Below, piece after piece: positions 54,846-64,000 of a stretch of DNA of 64,000 nt (position 1 is its first letter; every line of letters begins with the position of its first letter). The notes beneath the pieces were generated by a model. That model did no database searches. It was not told where the DNA came from and saw only the letters and a program-made list of their open reading frames with translations. Source of the DNA: the human T2T-CHM13v2.0 reference genome, Homo sapiens; the NCBI RefSeq assembly GCF_009914755.1, contig NC_060930.1; one strand, 5' to 3'. The translations under genes and the position numbers were made by a program.

Positions 54846-55349
54846 TAACATGTATATTTCTCTGAAATAACAAGTGGTGTGCTCCAAAATCTACCTGCTG
54901 CTTTTTAAAGTAGCTCTTCTAATTAATTGGGTTTTTTTTAAGTAAGCATATGCTCAGATTAAATTTCCTTTATAACAAAAACTACTTCATTACAAAAGTG
55001 AATTTTTTGTAACATGCAAGTTCTACTTCTGGAAAGAAGTAAGAAATACAGGGTTTGGTATCCTGGATTGCTCAAATTAGTTGCAGAACATACTAGTTTA
55101 GAGGAAGCAGTGAATTGGATCTACAAAGTTAACATACACCAACAAAATGTTTTTTGTCATTTTAATGTGTAAATTTCACATTTTCACTGGTCTGAAGTAC
55201 ATAAATATATCCAGGCAGCATGCTTCCCTGCCTCTTTTAGCTCTTTACTCATATGTCTGTTTCTTAGCGATGCTTTTACTGATCATCCTATTTAAAAATA
55301 TAGTTCCCACCACCCTATGCTACTTCTCTGCTTCATCTCTCTCTATAGC

Positions 55350-55465
55350 TAGGATGACCAAATACATTTTCATCCAGTCTAAGCCACTTTTAAGAGTGAA
55401 AGCGAATGTATTAGTATTTACACTGGAACAATAGGCAATGGAAACACTGTGGCATGGTAACCTTA
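55350..55465. mobile_element. MER81 (hAT-Blackjack MITE)
   Basis: Degenerate TIRs taggatgacca...tggtaacctta; internal acttttaagagtgaaag; near-matching flanks ending (c/t)atagc as probable TSD. Confidence 0.75.
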
Positions 55466-55473
55466 CTCATAGC

Positions 55474-55975
<502 letters not shown>

Positions 55976-55981
55976 CCCTCC

Positions 55982-56498
55982 TGTGGTTCACTGAATAAAT
56001 GAAACCACAGGAGGGTTCATTTATTCAATGTGATTGCAAATTCTTTGTCACTCACTTCATTGAGAAATGGAAGTTTTTTATCTTTCCTTTGAATCCGGGC
56101 TGGATTTCTGACTGTCTTGACCAATAGAATGTGGCAGTAATGACGCTGTGACAGTTCCAGGCCTAGCCCTTAAGAAGACTGACAGTTTTTACTTCTTGAC
56201 TGTGAGAACACTTGTTTTTAACATGCTCCCTCTTGCAATCCAGCTGCCATGCTGTGAGAAGCCCAAGATTTCTCTGGTAGACCAGCCTAGCTAAGCTTTC
56301 ACCCAACACCCAGGGCCAGTAGCCAGGTTTGAGTGACCCAACTCATTGCTAACTCAGTTGAATCCTCAAATGATTGTAACCCCAGCCAGCATCACATAGA
56401 AACAGAAGAACTGCCTGGCTAATTCACAATAAAATGGTTGTTGTGTGAAGTCATGATGTTTTGGATGGTTTGTTATATAGGATTAGATAAGTGAGACA
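55982..56498 (+). mobile_element. MLT1 (G/H-like) MaLR LTR
   Basis: gcaaattctttgtcactc...gaccaatagaatgtggcag...ggtttgttatataggattagataagtgagaca. Confidence 0.8.
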
Positions 56499-57517
56499 CC
56501 TGCTAGATACCATGAAGGACAAAAGGGAGTATGAAAAAGTGTATCTAAAGGAACTATTCATTGAAAGAGAATAAAAAGCTCATTTATATGAATAATATTT
56601 CTTTGTAAGGTGTTGACTGCCGTAAACAGCAGTTATCACCTAAGCAGTCATCACTACCATAAAAAGCAGACATTTCCTAAGCCAAGGTGACTTAGGAATT
56701 TGTAGGAAGGGTGTTCAAGGGAGGTAAAGAAAGTTTCACTAAGTTAAAGTGTTAAGAACACATCACCAGATAGAATTTAGCAACTATAGGTGGAGGGGCA
56801 GAGTTATTGGTAGAGGCAGAACTAGCAGCATGAGCACAAAGGTAAAGAGGCATGAATATTTACTGAGCTAACAACAAGAAGTTCAGTTTGGCCAGGGAAT
56901 GGGCTTTATGAGGAGAAGGGAAAGCCACAAAGGAGCATTAGAAATAGGTCATGAAGTCTTAAATGTTGTGCCAGTAGCTGGATTTCTCTCACAGTTAGAT
57001 GTGAGTCCGAAATTTTCTTAAATATAAGAAGAAAATAAAATCATTCTAAATTCCTCTTTCTAGAGGTAATCACTGTTAATCTTTTCTTCTTGCATTTATT
57101 TTATGGACATATTAGTGCAATTGAGAGATGGGAGACAGAATTTCTATCCTCACTCTTTCACTTAACATTAATTTCCTGATATTTATCCATCTTGTTAAAG
57201 ATTCTTCGAAGATAAACTTTTAATACTTATATAAAAGCTAGCATATAAAATATAATTTCTTCAATAAATATTCCATTGGTAGATATTTACATTGTTTCCA
57301 AATCTGACTATAACTATTAGGTAAATGAACATACATTCATTCAACTATACTTGAGATAGTGCTGTTGGCCTACACCGAAGAATTTTGTAAGAAACAACTC
57401 CATGAAATATTGCTAGAGCTGACATAAGGATTTGGCTGAGAATATCAATTACATTGCATAGTTCATGTTTAGTAAGAAAAAAATTATATTTGACATGGGG
57501 AGAAAATTCTTTTTTAT

Positions 57518-57603
57518 TATCTCATAGACAGTATGAATCATTAAATTGAATATGACTTCTTATCTCATAGACAGTATGAATCATTAAATTGAATATGACT
57601 TCT
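57518..57603. repeat. Perfect 43-bp tandem duplication
   Basis: tatctcatagacagtatgaatcattaaattgaatatgacttct twice. Confidence 0.95.
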
Positions 57604-58527
57604 TTTTCTTTGTTTTCTTGAAATCATATGGGCAAATATGTGGCTCTTTTCTCTTTGCCTCAATTTCTTCATTCATTAGTTATTTCATATTTAATTGTAG
57701 CATGTGTATCTTTACAAATAACATTAATTATTTTTGGAGCAAAGCGGTTTGCAAATAAATAGCTGAAAAGATAAAATTAAATGAACATTATTTTAGCCAT
57801 TTAGGTAAAATTAAGTAAAAGAGAATGATAATATAATGGAATTAAGTATGATATAAACTATTGAACCACAGTCAGTAAATGAATTGATAGATAAATATAT
57901 CGTTTTTTACATACAAATGTGTATGGTAGAGTGGTAAAAGAAGTTATCTAAATTATATATTTACTCAGGGTCAAGTCCAAGAAAACACAGTTACTTTCCC
58001 AAATCATAATCATATGGGGAAATGAGATTTCAAAAATTCCTTGAATAAAGAAAAAGGTTTAATAATTTAAGAGAAGACAAGTGTTGCCTACATGACTTTT
58101 ATTAAGAAAGAAGACTCACAGGCAGGGAGGGTAATAACTGAACAGGACTTTAAAGAGGATCCAAGTCAAATTAAATAGATGATATAAGTATTTTACCATT
58201 TGATCTCAATAGTAGACATGGTGCTCAATAAACTTGTTTCATGTCTTTAAAAATATCATCATACTAACAATATGCAACCGTATAAGTCAAATGGTGTACT
58301 GAAAGCACAAGATATTTTTATCTGAAAACATTACTACCCATGTTTTAAGAGGGTTAATTAGCTACATGACGTATCTAGTTGCCTTTCTTTGTAGATTTGA
58401 GGGAGGTTTTAGGACTAATTGAATAATTGCACAGTGGTAATGTTTTGGCTGGAATCATACTGTACCTACTTCAAGAACTTTAGCCAGTGAAAGTTAAATG
58501 CAGAATCTATTTGTATATCTATTATAA

Positions 58528-58859
<332 letters not shown>

Positions 58860-59118
58860 AGAGATGAAGTTTTTAAAGAAGTAGAATTTCTTAAATTTTG
58901 AGGAGAAATGCGTAATTTATGTAAAATGCCATATTGTCCAGGAGGCAAGATTGTCAATTCAACTAATACTCCTATATTAATATAAATACCTCCATTCTCC
59001 AAAGCCATCTAGTGAAAAATTAACTAGAAACATTGAAGTGTCTTTATAATAGTTACTGCACCTGAAATTAATGTAATAAGAAAAAAGAAGGTTAGTGTAT
59101 ATATTGAATGATATTTCC

Positions 59119-59613
59119 TTTTTTTTAACTTTTAAGTTCAGGGGCACAAGTATAGGTTTGTAACATAGGTAAACTTGTGTCATGGGGGTTCGATGTACAG
59201 ATTATTTCATCAGCCAGGTATTAAGCTTAGTACCCATTAGTTATTTTTCCTGATCCTGTCTCTCCTCCCACCCTCCACCTTCTGAAAGACCCCAGTGTGT
59301 GTTGTTCCTCTATGTGTCCATGTGTTTTCATTATTTAGCTCCCACTTTATAAGTGAAAACATGCAGTATTTGATTTTCTGTTCCTGTGTTAGTTTGCTGA
59401 GGATAATGGCCCCCAGCTCCATCCATGTCCCTGCAAAGGATATGATCTCATTTTTATGGCTGCATAGTATTCCATGGTATATACATACAACATTTTTAAT
59501 CCAGTCTATCACTGATGAGTATTTAGGTTGATTCCATGTCTTTGCTATTGTGAATAGTGCTGCAATAAGCATGTGCATGCATGTATTTTTACAATAGAAT
59601 GGTTTGTATTCCT
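59119..59613 (-). mobile_element. L1PA (old) 3' end, ~500 bp
   Basis: tttttaacttttaagttcaggggcaca...; ORF2 C-terminal remnant IAALFTIAKTWNQPK. Confidence 0.92.
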
Positions 59614-59877
59614 TATCAGATATATGTAGTACAAACAAAAAGGAGCATGGTTTTGAGGACCAGATGTTGTGGCTTCAGCCCTGATCACTATGATTCAGGA
59701 AATATATAAAGCTAGTTTACATACACAGATTTTCTAATCCTCAACAACAATGTTAAGCTGTATTATGAATGAGAAAACTGGGATGGGGTTATTAATTTCT
59801 GAGATCACAAAGCACTGAGTTGGAATTCTGGTTCAAGTTACTGTAATGTCTGCATTCTTTCCACTTCACAAAAATGT

Positions 59878-60372
59878 GGTGAGATAGTTTGAAGAACTCT
59901 GAAGAGGCTGGAATTGTAGCCCACCACAATTTCATACATACTAGCAAAAGACATAAGATTCCTGGTTCAGAAACAAAGAGGTTTTTTACACATAGCACAG
60001 CAAGCAACATGAGTTTCATGTTTGAGTTAGTTCCCCCTTTTCCTGCCAAGTTCCATGAGGCAATGTAGAGGGGCCCAGGTGAATGCTGCGCAGATAGTGG
60101 GTTTGTCACAGCTTATGAACACTCAGTTTAGGAAACCCCCAATTTTATAAGGAGTGATGCCAGCTAACATGGTTCTCCTTTTCCCCAAAGGGAAATACTT
60201 TTTTTCAATTATTATCCTGGTCAGTAAACAAATCTGGCCTCTACCACAGGTATACCTTATCTCTATTTTTCAAGCAGGTTACGACAGTTTGATATCCAAA
60301 TGTTCTTGAAAAGCTGGCCTGGAACCAAACCCTTCTTAGTCATATAGAAATGTCATGGAGAATTGTCCCACA
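59878..60372 (-). mobile_element. ERVL-type solo LTR (MER54/MER74/LTR47-like)
   Basis: Minus strand starts tgtgggacaattctccatg...ccagcttttcaagaacatttg...aaatagagataa; family uncertain. Confidence 0.55.
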
Positions 60373-63071
60373 ACAACATTATCTAACGAAACATCTCAAT
60401 AAAGCAGATCTCTGTGACATCTACTGGACAGTCTGACAAAGCCCCAAGCAGATGTGATTGAGTTGTTCTTGGGGTGTGTTTGCATACATTGATATCTAAA
60501 TCTCATTCAAATTCAGGTCATTGAGGTTGGGGTCTATCTAATTAGCCAATACACAAAGGGACACCAAGTAGAGATGAGACTAGTACCTTGGCGAAGGACA
60601 TAAGCAAAACTTGGTGAGATACAAGGGCTTCATTCAAATAGAGTATGCTTGGGGCAGAAATCCATCCTAGACAGGAAAATCTAAGCAGAAAACCAGTTGT
60701 ATGAATTAAAACAATGTGTAAGGCCAAGCTCCATTCAATTTATTGAGTACTCAGGAAGTTAGGGTCTTATTCCTGGGCAGGGGCTGATTTGTTTTCTGAC
60801 CAGGATAATAAAGATAATGTCTTCCTTTGGGGCAAAGGTTGTGCAGAGTAGCTTGCAGCACCAGATACTCAGATTATAATAGCAAGAATAATTCCAGGCT
60901 TTGATTTAGAAGCTGTTAATATGCTCCTTGTTCAGATTAGAATTAACTTTAAAGCTTGGAGGAATGTGCTGATGAAAGACATCATCAGTTCCAGGGAATA
61001 AAAATTGGGGGAAGCAGAAATTGACAGGAAAAAGAGATAAAAAACAAAGTTAGGAGGTCATTTTTTTCAAAGAGATAGGAAATAACCAAATGAAACATCA
61101 ACAGAAAAAAAAAAAACAAAAAACTTGTGCCTTTCTTTACATGCTAAAGAGCTGCAATCTTTGCCCAGAAATTAGAAGTGAAATGTCAAGCCAGCTCAAT
61201 AGCAAAGCCTACCTGAAAGGAGAGCCAAAGAATTAAAATTTGCAGAGAAAATGTTCCCTCCTAGCTATTTAAAACAAAACATTATTAAAGAACTCAGTTA
61301 AATGAGACCTAAACCGGATTAAATCCAAAGTACTACTTTTTTCTTGTTAACTCCCTAATTACTGGGTACCTAAATGTTTGCAGGGTCTTAGGAATGCTGT
61401 TTAAAGGCACTGTATCATTGGGAAGATTATCATCTTTTTGCATAATTTTTACTCTGGTGAGCCATCTTAGAGTCTGTTATATGCAAGTCCTGCAATCATT
61501 TATTGTAAAAGGTAATATCATCTGCTGTAACATACTGCAGTCATTTCCATAATAAAAGTTACACTTAAGGCTGACAATATCACTTATTAAAAGGAAGGTA
61601 TACATATGTATCTCCAATAAATTTCTGAAAATAACTGAGAATAAGCTAAGGGACATGGTTTTTCTCTACTTATGAGTCACGGTATGCTCTTGCTTTAATT
61701 TAAAGTTTTGAGAGGGCTGAGGGACCAAGACCAATAACCGCTTATCATCAAACTTTGTGTGGAATAAAGAATAATTTTTATTTTAATCTCATAGAATTGA
61801 TAAAGGGAATGAGGAGAGATAATTTTTGATTCAAATAACTTTAACTTTCTTATGTTTAATAATACTGCTTGCATAGAAAACACATATGAAAGAATATAAA
61901 AAATAAGAAGAAATCTGTTCCATTTTCTCAGCCATGATTTGCTGCCTTAGAAAAAGTGGCATTTTAATTAAATTCACTAATATAGTATTTAAAAAATCAA
62001 AAAGTTATAGTTGGTTTCCAAATTTTTAGTCAAATGAAAAAGCTTTTTATACTACCAGCTTTAACAATCATCAATGTAAAATTTTCATTTTAAAACTTGT
62101 TATATATGGAAAATTATTTTTATAAGCTATTTCAAGGTCTATTGTCACAGTTTCTTCTGTATCTCTTAAATGTATAAGATCAAAGAAAAGATAAGTTTTA
62201 ATGACTTATTTAAGTTCACTTTAATTACTATATAATAAGAGTTCCATAATTCCTAAAATAAATGTGATCTTTGTTTTCAAGACTGTTTCTTGAAAAATTT
62301 TGGTAGGTTAAAAAGTATTTTTAAATCTCAATATTGCATTTAGTATTTATTCATAACATATCTAAAGTGAGAAAGTCAATGTTAGAAACCCAGAAGACAA
62401 AAGTAAGTCGATCTACGGAAAATATTAATATGCCACAGCTTTCCATTTAGCACAACTGAAGTTATGAATTTGTGGTGCTAAGAATGTAATAAGATTATCT
62501 GGGGAAATTAGCTCAGGTCGAAGAAAAATATTTTTAACAATCTGTGGGAAAGAGAATTTCTCAGCAAGTGTGGAAAGATGCTTAAGTCTAAACCAAATGT
62601 TTTAAACCACCAAATCTCAAAGTGCTAGAAATGTGGGACCTGGAGGTGATGACTGCTCTTCCAAACTATAAGAATGTAAACACATCCGGGGGGTATATGT
62701 GCTGTGAGTCTCTGAGTTAGAACATCAGAACAGAGTCACAGATCTGTGATTCCTGGGCTTGACTTTTCCTAGATGAAAAGATTAGAAAAGTAGCAGATAA
62801 GCAGCAAAATCTCAGACTCAAGGTTAGATTGTTTATAAAACATGGGTAGTTAGATTTGAGCTATAAAATTAATGAATTCTTGACTTCTTACTTTCACACA
62901 CTAGAACTTCGCCATGAGCAGGCAACCATTAACATTTAACATTAAAAAAAGTTAAACAGATTTACCCACCAATTTAATAAAAGAAAAACCTTTATTCTAA
63001 ATATAGAAGGGGAAAATTATGCAGCACATATAAAGGAAACTAGATTTTTACCTTTTAAAATCTTTTTGTGA

Positions 63072-63499
<428 letters not shown>

Positions 63500-64000
63500 T
63501 GGAAGTACTATTTTTAAAAGAATTTTACTGAACAGAAGTCCTCTGACTTCAGCAAATTTTTAAATCCAATTTCAGTCTCTAAATAGATTAAAAGAAACAG
63601 ATTTGAAGGTGACATAATTTATAAAGAAAAACACCTTCTTACCCTGACAATAGTAAGTGACTACAGTGTCAAATCCTCATCACCCACTCCCAGCTGAGGC
63701 CATGTCCTTTACCCCCTTGTGATGTTTCTCATCAACCTTGCTGAAACCAAGCCAATTACCTCTGAGGACCCTAAACCAAAGCGACTGACCTCAGAATTGG
63801 AATATTTCAGGCCATTCAATTCTGGTGTACATCTTTTAACTCTTTTAATTCTTTGTCATTGCCTTTTTCCTGGACTTTCCCTTTTTTACTCTCATTACCT
63901 AACTACTTTATGCTGTCTTCACAACTTCTGCACAATTAATTGCCTCTCTTCCTGCTGCTCTCCTCTTGCAACCCGAATTCATGACCATATAGCTTGGACG

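Overview
Human, AT-rich non-coding DNA; the human call rests on an AluYb8 at 33530-33830. I find no intact protein-coding exon. The supplied ORFs are Alu, L1 or LTR-derived frames or chance ORFs, and I cannot name the locus. Much of the window is interspersed repeat: about 16 Alu copies or fragments, several L1 remnants including a nested stack at 40.8-47.8 kb, solo LTRs (LTR12C, MLT2A, LTR37-like, LTR33-like, MLT1, ERVL-type), an ERVL internal fragment, MER58A, MER81, and MIR/L2/L3 relics. The most notable structures are: (i) a 5'-truncated processed retrocopy at 8396-10121 whose decayed C-terminal reading frame can be partly reconstructed; (ii) two pre-miRNA-sized near-perfect hairpins (32712-32792 and 55964-56027); (iii) a divergent pair of CTCF-like motifs with an identical 13-bp core at 51.3-51.5 kb; (iv) two co-oriented LTR promoters upstream of strong minus-strand splice acceptors, suggesting a possible lncRNA; (v) several local template-switch or duplication scars and non-canonical Alu insertions. 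I see no evidence of a novel multi-gene system. Repeat family names come from recalled consensus sequences and need RepeatMasker/Dfam confirmation.
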